From a bacterium (GTDB lineage: Bacteria; UBA8248), in contig OZ241875.1 of assembly GCA_965203325.1 (NCBI GenBank), positions 3,488,001-3,552,000 on the forward strand: DNA of 64,000 nucleotides, read 5' to 3'. Within the stretch, counting starts at the first letter, position 1; every line of letters begins with the position of its first letter. The translations under genes and the position numbers were made by a program. Positions 47,807 to 56,606 of this stretch are shown here, one piece after another. The notes under the pieces were generated by a model that saw only the letters and a list, made by a program, of their open reading frames with translations, was not told the DNA's origin and searched no databases.

Positions 47807-50679
47807 TCGGAGATGGTGTAGGCCTCGGCCTGGGGCTTGTTGGGCCGGGCGAACCACAGCGGACGCCTGAGGTTGTCGGGGCCGGGCGCGGGCTTCGTCA
47901 TTTCGAGCCATTGCTTGTAGTGCTCGAAGCTCTTCTTCGTGTCGACGCTGATGTCGCCGTAGCGATCCGCCGCCCCCGCCTTCGTCACCCGCACCTTCTG
48001 GTGCCAGCAGTGCATCCCGCTCACCGGGTCGGGGTTGACCGGGAAGGTGAGGTTCTGGTTCACGCCCACCTCGCGCCACCAGATGCGCTCCGTATCCGGG
48101 TCGTCGCTCTTGAAGGGCTGGACGCCGTGCACCTGGCGCATGGTGTATTCCCCGTCACCCTTCTCGTCGAGGCGAACGACGGCGGAGGCGATCTTGGGCG
48201 CGCCCTGCTCTTCGCTCAGACGCCAGCGGCCCAGGTGATGCGCCATGGCGACGATGCCGGGCCGAAGCCCTTCCGTCACCCAGCATCTGGTGACGAAATG
48301 GCCTATCGCCGTCTCGACTTTCGCGAGGTCGCCCGTCTTCAGCCCCAGGCGCGCGGCGTCGTCCGTGTGGAGCCACAGCGGGTTGTTGTGGGTGATCTCA
48401 TAAAGCCACTTCACGGCCGAGCGCGTGTGGATGAGGGTGGCGAGGCGATAGTTCGGCAGCAGGTCGAACTCGTTGTTCTCTCTTTGCATGTCGCGCCAGT
48501 AGACGTGGGTCTTCATGTACTTGGGTATGGCTTCATCGCCCCAGTTCCAGGCCGCCATGGTCGGGCTGTAGAACTCGAGTTTCTTGGACGGGGTGTGGAA
48601 GCCCTCCCTCGCTCTTCCCCGGCTCATGTTGCCGATGAGCGCGCCGTCTTTCCAGACCGAGCCCGTCGCCTCGTCCACGTGGGCGTCGTGCATGGCTTCA
48701 TCCGACAACTCGTGCATGTGGGGTTCGTACACGTTTTCCTGCACGGCGAAAACGCCGTATTTGCGCATGTATTCGAGCGGCGTCAAGCCTTCTTTCTCGG
48801 CGGCCTCGGGCAGGCCCGGAACGCCGTTCTCGAACATCCACTGGTAGTATTCGTTCACCGTGATCTTCTCGCCCGGCCTGTAGGGACTCTCGAAATACTG
48901 CCGGATGCCGAGCGAACCGTCCGGGTCGATGCGCCAGGAGAGTTCGATGTGGAGTTCGTCCTCCTCCCACACCTCGCCTGGGTTCGTCTCGCGCGAGGTC
49001 TCGAACGTCTCGCCCATCTTCTCGCGCAGCGCGCGGAGCACGGGCTGGCGGAAGCCCACCCATTTCGTGGGGTGCGTCTCCTGGCTCTGGTTGTCGTGGC
49101 GTTCCGTGGCGTTGCCCATCGGCAGAATATAGTCCGCGAACCACGCCGTCTCGCTCCAGGTAGGGGTGAGCGCCACGTGGCAGCCAATCTTGTCGTGGTC
49201 TTTCAGCATCTCCACCCACATGAAGCCGTCGGGGTTCGTCCACACCGGGTTGTAGACCCGCGTGAAGTAGACGTCGACGCTGTGGCCCTTGTCCTTCACG
49301 AGATGGGGCATCAGGAAGCTCATCTCGAAAAACGCGAGGGGGTACTCCCGGGGGAAGAGGAGTTCGTTCCACTCTTTGGGTCCCGGAGCCGGGTTGGGGT
49401 GTTTGGGGACGAACTTGTGCGTGTTCGCCAGGTGGGTCCCGCCCACCGTGCCCACAGCGCCCGTAAGCGAAGGCAGGAAGTGCAGGCAGCGCGACACCTG
49501 CCAGCCGTGCAGGTTGCCGGTGGCGGCGGCCCGCCATACGTGGACGCAGAGCCTGCTCCCGGCGCGGGCGACGACCTGAGCCACCTCGGCGATCAAGTCG
49601 GCGGACACGCCCGTCTCCTCCGCCGCGTACTCGAAGGTGAACTCCGCGTATTCTTGCTTCAGCTTCTCGATGAAGTTATCGAAGCTCGCCTCCTCATCGG
49701 GGTGGATGGTCCGCATGTATTCGGTCCAGTTAAACCATTCCTCGACGAACTGCGCGTCGAACTGCCCGGTGTCGAGCAGATAGCGCGCGATGGCGAGCAG
49801 AATCGCAGACTCGGTGCCGCTGTAGGCGGGCAGCCAGTAGTCGGCCTTCGCCGCCGTGTTGGAGAGCCTGGGGTCGATGACGATGAGCTTCGCCCCGCTC
49901 GTCTGCGCCTCGATGATGCGCTGGGCCGAGGGGTTGTAGTAGTGGCCCGTATCGAGGTGGCTGCTGATGAGCAAAATGGCGTCGGCGTTGGTGAAGTCGG
50001 GCGAGGGCCTGTCCGAGCCGTTCCAGAGGAACTGGCCGATGCGGGCGGAGGAACTGCACACGTTGGTGTGGCTGTTGTGGCCGTCCACGCCCCAGCCGGC
50101 GAGCGTCTTGAACATGTAGCCGTCCTCGCCGGGGCGTCCGACGTGGTAGATGACGCCGTTTCGCCGCTCCGCCAGAATCGCCTCCCGGATGCGCCCGGCG
50201 ATGTCGTCGAGCGCCTCATCCCAGCTCACGCGCTCCCACTTGCCCTCGCCGCGCTCGCCCACGCGCTTCAGGGGATAGAAGATGCGGTCGGGGTCGTAGA
50301 CCTGATTCAGCGTCACCCAGCCCTTCGCGCAGTTGCGCCCGCGCGAGGCGGGGTGGAGCGGGTTCCCCTCGATTTTCCTGATCTTCATGTCGTCCTTGTC
50401 GACGTAGGCCAGAAGGCCGCACCCCGCCTCGCAGTTGAAGCAGAGGGTCGGGACCAGCGCGTAGTTCCTCGCCACCTTCTGCGGCCACTTGGTGCTCTCG
50501 TATTCCGTCCAGTTGTCCCATTGGTCCGGGCTGGGATAGGAGGTGAGGGCGCCGTTCGTGTTCGTGTAGTTGAGTTGCCCCGCAGGCGCCGCGGGCGGGG
50601 CCTTGGCCAGCAGGTCGGGGCGGCCCAGCGAGGCGACGTCGCGCGCTCCCTTGCCGACTTGAAGATGACTTGTGCTCAT
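47803..50679 (-). CDS. Molybdopterin-dependent (Mo/W-bisPGD) oxidoreductase catalytic subunit, no Tat signal
   Basis: CFNCEAGC..RNCAKG (FS0 cluster), PLKRVG.RGEG.W.R.SWDEA, SHTNVC, IDPRLS.TA.KAD.W, ETA.FADYILP, C-terminal Mo-binding barrel. Confidence 0.93.
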   Translation of the reverse strand: MSTSHLQVGKGARDVASLGRPDLLAKAPPAAPAGQLNYTNTNGALTSYPSPDQWDNWTEYESTKWPQKVARNYALVPTLCFNCEAGCGLLAYVDKDDMKIRKIEGNPLHPASRGRNCAKGWVTLNQVYDPDRIFYPLKRVGERGEGKWERVSWDEALDDIAGRIREAILAERRNGVIYHVGRPGEDGYMFKTLAGWGVDGHNSHTNVCSSSARIGQFLWNGSDRPSPDFTNADAILLISSHLDTGHYYNPSAQRIIEAQTSGAKLIVIDPRLSNTAAKADYWLPAYSGTESAILLAIARYLLDTGQFDAQFVEEWFNWTEYMRTIHPDEEASFDNFIEKLKQEYAEFTFEYAAEETGVSADLIAEVAQVVARAGSRLCVHVWRAAATGNLHGWQVSRCLHFLPSLTGAVGTVGGTHLANTHKFVPKHPNPAPGPKEWNELLFPREYPLAFFEMSFLMPHLVKDKGHSVDVYFTRVYNPVWTNPDGFMWVEMLKDHDKIGCHVALTPTWSETAWFADYILPMGNATERHDNQSQETHPTKWVGFRQPVLRALREKMGETFETSRETNPGEVWEEDELHIELSWRIDPDGSLGIRQYFESPYRPGEKITVNEYYQWMFENGVPGLPEAAEKEGLTPLEYMRKYGVFAVQENVYEPHMHELSDEAMHDAHVDEATGSVWKDGALIGNMSRGRAREGFHTPSKKLEFYSPTMAAWNWGDEAIPKYMKTHVYWRDMQRENNEFDLLPNYRLATLIHTRSAVKWLYEITHNNPLWLHTDDAARLGLKTGDLAKVETAIGHFVTRCWVTEGLRPGIVAMAHHLGRWRLSEEQGAPKIASAVVRLDEKGDGEYTMRQVHGVQPFKSDDPDTERIWWREVGVNQNLTFPVNPDPVSGMHCWHQKVRVTKAGAADRYGDISVDTKKSFEHYKQWLEMTKPAPGPDNLRRPLWFARPNKPQAEAYTISE

Positions 50680-50697
50680 TCTCTCGAAACTCCCGTA

Positions 50698-52218
50698 TTA
50701 CGAAAGGGGAACGGCCTGTCCGGCCTTCACCCAGATTTTGTCCCAAAGATACGCGCCCGCCATGGCCATGACCCCGGCCAGCACCGCGCCGAAACCGCCG
50801 AATCCGCCCGCCCAGAGAAGAAGCAGGGGCAGAACGCATCCCACGATGACGGCCCCACCCCAGAAATCGTTCTTGAACGGGCCTTTCGTCAGCAGGTGAA
50901 TCGCCCGCTCATGCGCGACGGAGCCGAAGCGGTGCACGAGAATCGAGAACACCAGGATGCTCAGGTGCAGGAGGACGAGAACGGCGAGCAGCCCGCCCAG
51001 GACGCTCAGGGCGGACGCCTGATTCGCGATCGGGAACAGCGTGGCGAACAGAAGCAGGATGGCCGCGCCCTTGAGACCCGATTGCACGCCGATGTCGAGG
51101 GTGTTCTCGCTTCCTTTCCACAAATCGCGCGCCGATGCCTGGGCGAAGAAAAAGCCCGTGTATATCGAGGAAAGCACGCCCATGAGGATGGTCGGCCACA
51201 GGATGAGGTTCATGAAGCCTTCCGCGCCGAACATGGCGCCCAGCACCCAGAGCAGGGTGAAGACGCCGTCCAGCGCGATGAACCACGTGCCCCACGCCAT
51301 CCAGCTTCCCCAGTTCGAGCGCAGCATGATGTAGTAGAACCGCTCGGGCCGCTTGAGGTCGGTGATGAGCACGAACCCCGTGGCGGCGAGGAGGATTCCG
51401 CTCAGCGCGGGCATCCAGAAGGAGAACAGCGAACTCTTGAAGCCGAACATCCACAGGAACAGGCTGATGACCAGAAGGCCCGTGCTCGCGCCCTTGGTCA
51501 AAAGATAAGTGATGATCTTCGTCTCCCAGGGAACCTCGTGGAAGGTGTCATAGACGGTGCGGCTCTCGCCGGGCTTGTTCTCCCACTCGGGCACGACGTC
51601 TTCTCGCTCCATGTCCATCTCGCCCTGCTTGTAGATGCCCGACTGTCCCGCTTCGGTGGGGTCGAGGAGCTGGCGGCTGCCCTCTAAATAATAGATGTTG
51701 GGCGCCGTGTTGTATTCAGGCTTTCTCACGTGGTAGGGGCGCTGCGTGGTGAGTTTGGATATCTTCGAATCCGCGTCCTCCACGTCGCCGAACACGCGGC
51801 ACTGCGTGGGGCAGACCACCACGCAGGCGGGCTCGAGATTCGCTTCGAGGCGGTTCGCGCAGAAGTTGCATTTCTCCGCCGTCATCGTGTTGGGGTCGAT
51901 GAAGAGCTGGTCGTAGGGACACGCCGCGATGCAGGACTTGCACCCGATGCACCAGTCCGGGTCGAGGTCCACGATGCCGTCCTTGCGCCGGAAGAGCGCC
52001 TTCGTCGGGCAGATGTTCTGGCAAGGCGCGTCGTCGCACTGGTTGCACAGGACGGGCAGAAATTCCCGCCTCGTGCTCGGGAAGGTGCCTTTTTCGACTT
52101 CCTTCACCCAGCATCGCCAGACGCCGATGGGGATGTCGTGTTCTGATTTACAGGCGATCGTGCAGGCATGACACCCGATGCAGGATTCGAGGTCGATCGC
52201 CATTGCGTACTTGGGCAT
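50698..52218 (-). CDS. Fused 4x[4Fe-4S] electron-transfer domain and NrfD/PsrC-type membrane anchor
   Basis: CIGCHACTIAC, CNQCDDAPCQNIC, CIGCKSCIAAC, CNFC..ACVVVC followed by PWE..I..YL, DL.RPERF, S.M.WG and about 8 TM helices. Confidence 0.9.
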   Translation of the reverse strand: MPKYAMAIDLESCIGCHACTIACKSEHDIPIGVWRCWVKEVEKGTFPSTRREFLPVLCNQCDDAPCQNICPTKALFRRKDGIVDLDPDWCIGCKSCIAACPYDQLFIDPNTMTAEKCNFCANRLEANLEPACVVVCPTQCRVFGDVEDADSKISKLTTQRPYHVRKPEYNTAPNIYYLEGSRQLLDPTEAGQSGIYKQGEMDMEREDVVPEWENKPGESRTVYDTFHEVPWETKIITYLLTKGASTGLLVISLFLWMFGFKSSLFSFWMPALSGILLAATGFVLITDLKRPERFYYIMLRSNWGSWMAWGTWFIALDGVFTLLWVLGAMFGAEGFMNLILWPTILMGVLSSIYTGFFFAQASARDLWKGSENTLDIGVQSGLKGAAILLLFATLFPIANQASALSVLGGLLAVLVLLHLSILVFSILVHRFGSVAHERAIHLLTKGPFKNDFWGGAVIVGCVLPLLLLWAGGFGGFGAVLAGVMAMAGAYLWDKIWVKAGQAVPLS

Positions 52219-52366
52219 GAAGATTCCTCACTTGAGATGATGCGCGTTTCTCATATCTTGGTTTTGGTAGTCCAAAGCTAGAACTTTGCGGCGGGCGTGT
52301 CAATTGAGGCAGAGTGATCGGGATTTTTCGCATTTTCGCGCGCTTGGCCGCCGGGGAGGAAGGCAG

Positions 52367-52945
52367 GTGGGTGAGGAAGGATCATTCAGGCCGAAGCTCG
52401 CGTATCTGGCGAGGGGCCTCACGCTCGCGCGGATTCTGGCGATTCCCCCCTTCGTCTGGGCATTGCTCCGCATCGATTCCGCTCCCGACGGGCTGTGGCG
52501 GGTCTTGCTCATCGGGGCTTACGTCTACGCGATCCTGAGCGACCTGATCGACGGCCCGCTGGCGAGGCGCGCGGGTGCGAAGAGTTATTTCTGGGGGCAG
52601 GTGGACGCCTTCTCGGACGTGGCCTTCAACGCGGCGGCGCTCGCAGCCGCCGCCTGGGCGGGGCGGGTCGGCCCCTGGGCCGCCCTGGGCGTATCGGCGC
52701 TGGGCGCGCAGTTCCTGTGGCGGTGTATGCGTGTGGCGGGAAACACGGATGATTCCCTGCCCGAGGATGCGGCGGGAAAATGGGCGGGGGTGTTTTTCTA
52801 CGCTCTGGTGGGTGTTGTCGTCTGCGAGACGGGTTTATCGTGGGAGTGGCTTGCGCCCGTCCTGCCCTGGCTCGGCCATCTGGTCTTTCTCTACGCCTTG
52901 TACCTGCTCATCCGGAACGCGCGCTCGCCACAAAGAAGTCTTTAG
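52367..52945 (+). CDS. CDP-alcohol phosphatidyltransferase family protein
   Basis: LTLARI, DLIDGPLARR..G..D..SD motif; start uncertain (GTG 52367). Confidence 0.8.
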   Translation: MGEEGSFRPKLAYLARGLTLARILAIPPFVWALLRIDSAPDGLWRVLLIGAYVYAILSDLIDGPLARRAGAKSYFWGQVDAFSDVAFNAAALAAAAWAGRVGPWAALGVSALGAQFLWRCMRVAGNTDDSLPEDAAGKWAGVFFYALVGVVVCETGLSWEWLAPVLPWLGHLVFLYALYLLIRNARSPQRSL

Positions 52946-53195
52946 GGGGGTTGTTGAAAAAGTCATCCTTTTCAGTGGATGAAGAGGACACCCCTCTCGA
53001 CCGGAAAACCACCCCCCCTACCCCCCCTTGACAGGGGTCAAAACCGACCGAAGAGGGAGGTTTTGCAAGACGATGTGTTTCTCGTCAATGGCTTATGCAA
53101 ACGCTCGTTCATCACTCGCGTTTGACCCCTGTCAAGGGGGGGTAGGGGGGGGTGCCTTTATCCCCTGAGGAGGAGGGCCTTTCTCAACAAACACC
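52945..53195. mobile_element. MITE-like element E7 (CCCCCCTACCCCCCTTGACAGGGG cargo)
   Basis: Left end GGGGGTTGTTGAAAAAG, right end CTTTCTCAACAAACACC; flanks CTTTAG / CTTCAG; inverted cargo about 53011-53040 and 53122-53153. Confidence 0.8.
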
Positions 53196-53196
53196 T

Positions 53197-54138
53197 TCAG
53201 GCGGTGCGCTTTTTTCCGAACAGATCCGAATACGCCTTCGGCATGAACAGCAAGCCGATCGTCCCGTTCGCCAGCATGAAGGTGAGGTGGGAGACGAGGC
53301 TGTAGGCGAGCAGGTCCGCTTCCGCCGCGTAGTCCTTGAAGAAGAATATCCACGCCGCCTGGGAGGTTCCCAGGTGCGCCACCGTCACCGGAAGCGCCCC
53401 TATCATGAATACGAGCGGCAGGAAGGTCAGCAGCTGCAAAAGCGGGATGTCCATCCCGAACAGCGTCAGAGCGTATTTGTGCACGAACAGGGAGAGCAGG
53501 AATACGGAGCCCTTGAGCGCCAGGACGGTGATGCCCTGCCTGAAACGGACCGCCCGGAAGGTGTTGAGCAGGGTGTGGCCGCCGATTTTCGCGCCGACCA
53601 CGCCCAATCCCCCCCGCGCCACCTGGGTGATGAGCAGCCAGAAACAGGCCAGCCCGGCGGGCAGGGCGAACAGAAAGAGAGGCGCGCCGCCCGGAAAGGC
53701 GATGAGACCGACCGTGGCGAAGGAGATCAGGTTCGTGACTTCCAGCAGGATAAGCATGGCGACCGTGCTCGTGATCTCGGCGAGCGGGGTCTGGAACCTG
53801 CGGTGAAAATAGAGCGCGAGCGCCACCTGGGCGAGTTGCGTGTTGATGATGGAGACGACGTAGGTGACGGCGCGCACGGGCAGCAGCGTCGGGAACGTCA
53901 GCGGGCCGTGGAACCAGCGGATCATCCGGCTCAGGACGAAGGTGTCCATCAGGAAGAAACAGATCGAAAAGCACCCCATCACTATGAGGAAGGGCGCGAG
54001 CCTCGCCTTCGATATGGCCAGGACGAACTCGCCGAACGGGATCCGCCAGAAGATGATGACGAAGATCACGACCGTGAGGGCGATGGGAATGACTCGTCCG
54101 GCTTTGCTCGATTGATGCGTATCCTGGTTTTGCTCCAA
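53197..54138 (-). CDS. Lysylphosphatidylglycerol synthase TM / flippase-like (UPF0104) membrane protein
   Basis: Multiple TM helices; IGALPVTVAHLGTSQAAW motif. Confidence 0.75.
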   Translation of the reverse strand: MEQNQDTHQSSKAGRVIPIALTVVIFVIIFWRIPFGEFVLAISKARLAPFLIVMGCFSICFFLMDTFVLSRMIRWFHGPLTFPTLLPVRAVTYVVSIINTQLAQVALALYFHRRFQTPLAEITSTVAMLILLEVTNLISFATVGLIAFPGGAPLFLFALPAGLACFWLLITQVARGGLGVVGAKIGGHTLLNTFRAVRFRQGITVLALKGSVFLLSLFVHKYALTLFGMDIPLLQLLTFLPLVFMIGALPVTVAHLGTSQAAWIFFFKDYAAEADLLAYSLVSHLTFMLANGTIGLLFMPKAYSDLFGKKRTA

Positions 54139-54162
54139 AACGAAACTCCTTGAAGGCGCAGG

Positions 54163-55101
54163 CTATTCCTGGTGCGGCAGCGAGAGGTTCAGAATTTCAT
54201 CGACGCCGGTGCGTGGTATGGAGCCGATGCTTCCCGCTTCCTCATCGTTGCACAGATGCTCGTAGAATATAACGTCGAAAACGGTGCGGCTCATGGGGGA
54301 GGAGGGGGAGAACCGGCTGATGATGCTCGACGCGGCCCGGCCCAGTCCCCTCGGGATCGTCAGGATTCTCGGCTGTTTCCCGAGCCTCCTGCCGGCGCGC
54401 ATGAGTAGCTCGCGGTAAAAGAGAGTCTCCGGCCCCACGAGGTTCACCCGCGCAAGCGGCGCGTTGGGATTGAGAATCGCCCATTCGATCGCGCTGATGA
54501 CGTCGCCCAGGTATATCGGCTGTATCCGCACCGCGCCGCCCGCCACGAGGGGGATGATCGAAGAGCTAAGCAGCCGTTTTATCTGGTTCATCGCGGGGGT
54601 GTCAGGCCCCAGGATCATGGGCACGCGGAAAATGGCGCCCGATTCGAAATTCTCCCCAATCACATCCTCGGCCCGGCCTTTTGTTTGCAGATACTCGTTA
54701 TCAGAGCGTGCGTCCGCGCCTGGAAAACTCAAATAAACGAAGGATTTCACGCCTTGCGCACGGCTCGCCTCGGCGACGTTTTTCGTGGTGAACAGGTTCG
54801 CCCCGAGCAGGGAGTCCCCCGCTCTCGGCACCAGAGAACCCGCCAGATGCGCCACGCAGTCCGCACCGTCCACGGCGCGCGAGAGGCTTTCTGCGTCGTC
54901 GTAGTCCACCTGTATCAGTTCGGCGGGGAGGTCGCGCAGGTTCGCGCTTCGGCCCAGGTCGCGCACGAGTGCGCGCAGGCGCACCGGCCCGATAGCCGAA
55001 TTCCCGCCCAGGCGCTCAATGAGCGCTTTGCCGACGGCGCCGTTCGCACCCGTGATGGCGATGTCGATGGGGCGTCTCCCGTGAACTGATAAGGCAGCCA
55101 T
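54163..55101 (-). CDS. Atypical SDR / NAD(P)H-binding protein (NDUFA9-like)
   Basis: IAITGANGAVG, ALVR, V.HLAG, FVYLS, YLQTK..AE, IQPIY..DV. Confidence 0.85.
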   Translation of the reverse strand: MAALSVHGRRPIDIAITGANGAVGKALIERLGGNSAIGPVRLRALVRDLGRSANLRDLPAELIQVDYDDAESLSRAVDGADCVAHLAGSLVPRAGDSLLGANLFTTKNVAEASRAQGVKSFVYLSFPGADARSDNEYLQTKGRAEDVIGENFESGAIFRVPMILGPDTPAMNQIKRLLSSSIIPLVAGGAVRIQPIYLGDVISAIEWAILNPNAPLARVNLVGPETLFYRELLMRAGRRLGKQPRILTIPRGLGRAASSIISRFSPSSPMSRTVFDVIFYEHLCNDEEAGSIGSIPRTGVDEILNLSLPHQE

Positions 55102-55150
55102 GCGCAGAGGGGTCTTGGTCGTCTAACGCGATCCGACGGAGGTCTCCGGC

Positions 55151-56383
55151 CTACACGGTAAGCAGTTCGTGGGTCGGCGCGGTCATCTTCTCGATGGGCA
55201 GCCCGTGCGTGCAGGACCCGGCGCAGCTCTGGTGGCTGCAGGTGAGGCACGCCGATGCGCCCGCGCCGAGCATGGAGTACTCGGCCTTGGCGAATCGCAC
55301 GTCCTCGTAATCCGTCGCATACATGCGGGTGCGGAGCACGTCCGCGATGGGCACGTTCTCCGGACAAGCGCCCTCGCAGTCGTTGCACGCATGGCGGCAG
55401 TAGGAGGTTCCGTTCAACCGCGCGTATTTTTTGAGGATCGGCATCTCGCGGCGCGATACCTTCTTCCAGCCCGAAGCGCCCACGAACTCGGTGATGTTGT
55501 CCTTGCTCGTCATCGAGATGATGAGGGAGTCCACGTTCGGGTTCGAGAGCACCCAGCGGAAGGCGGCCTGCGAGAACGTGGCGCCGCCTTTTTCATAAGG
55601 CCGCATGTCGTTCAGCCGCGCGCCCATGAGCGTCTTCATGGCGATGACGCCGATGCCCTTGGCTTTCGCCCGCGCGAGGGCCAGGGGCAGCTTCGGGAAC
55701 CTGGCGATGAAGTCGAACCCGCGCGTGAAGCGCTGGTAGAAAGCCGGGTCCTGCCCGAAGTTGTAGGCGATGAGATACACGTCCACGACGCTGTTCTCGG
55801 TGCAGTAATCGAGGCACTGGATCAGGTTGCCCGCATGGCCCGACATGCCCGAATAGCGGATTTTCCCCTGTTTTTTCGCGAGCGCGACGAACTCGCTCCA
55901 CTCGGGGTTGCTCATCCTTTCCACGTCGTTCACCGCGTGGTTGAAATAGACGTCCACGTAGTCGGTCTGGAGTTTCTGGAGGCTTTGCTCTAAAGAGCGC
56001 ATCATCGACTCTTTTTTGTCACTCGGTCCCGCATGCGTTTTGGAGGCGATGTAGACCTTGTCGCGCTTGCCCTTGAGCGCGCGGCCTATCGTGGTCTCCG
56101 ATTCCCCCCAGGAGTAGCTCTCGGCGGTGTCGAAATAGTTGATGCCCAGGTCGAGGGCGTGGCGTACGAGGTCTTCCTCATCGGAGCCGAGCCGGCTGCT
56201 GCCGAACGAGATGTCCGACATCTTGATGTCCGTCGTGCCCAGCGTGACGTAGCGGCGCACCCGGTTTGACGCGCTTTCGGCGTCCATGGCGCGCGCGAAG
56301 GGCAGGAGTCCCGCGCCCAGACCGGCGAAGGCGCCTTTGCGGATAAAATCGCGTCTCGGAATGAAGTCGGTATGATGAGGCAT
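55151..56383 (-). CDS. Aldo/keto reductase with Tat signal and C-terminal Fe-S motif
   Basis: PRRDFIRKG Tat motif; GINYFDTAESY, SKTH, LQTDYVD, IAMKTL; CRHACNDCEGACP and C..C...C...C tail. Confidence 0.88.
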   Translation of the reverse strand: MPHHTDFIPRRDFIRKGAFAGLGAGLLPFARAMDAESASNRVRRYVTLGTTDIKMSDISFGSSRLGSDEEDLVRHALDLGINYFDTAESYSWGESETTIGRALKGKRDKVYIASKTHAGPSDKKESMMRSLEQSLQKLQTDYVDVYFNHAVNDVERMSNPEWSEFVALAKKQGKIRYSGMSGHAGNLIQCLDYCTENSVVDVYLIAYNFGQDPAFYQRFTRGFDFIARFPKLPLALARAKAKGIGVIAMKTLMGARLNDMRPYEKGGATFSQAAFRWVLSNPNVDSLIISMTSKDNITEFVGASGWKKVSRREMPILKKYARLNGTSYCRHACNDCEGACPENVPIADVLRTRMYATDYEDVRFAKAEYSMLGAGASACLTCSHQSCAGSCTHGLPIEKMTAPTHELLTV

Positions 56384-56477
56384 CGGCGTTCTCCAGGATA
56401 GAGAATTGTGGCGACTCGCCTATCTCACCTTATTTTCCCGTTTTGGTCAATGAGTGGTATTTGATCGTTCGGCGTGT

Positions 56478-56597
56478 GTAGGGGTCGCATATCATGCGAC
56501 CCGCGTTGTGAAGGCGGGAAGGCCGGGCCGCATATATGCGGCCCCTACATCACTTCTTGAATCGGGTAGGGACAACTCCCTGTGGTTGTCCTTTTTC
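56478..56597. repeat. Free GTAG-REP doublet plus a second REP type (no terminal repeats)
   Basis: GTAG-GGGTCGCATATCATGCGACCC..GGGCCGCATATATGCGGCCC-CTAC (56478-56548); GTAGGGACAACTCCCTGTGGTTGTCC (56566-56591). Confidence 0.8.
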
Positions 56598-56606
56598 CTA
56601 TTCCAA

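Noticed and set aside
47803..50679. Selenocysteine formate dehydrogenase
   Set aside because: No in-frame TGA and no FDH (C/U)H active-site motif.
47719..51687. 1322-aa plus-strand ORF
   Set aside because: Antisense shadow of the Mo-enzyme operon; no motifs; expected in high-GC DNA.
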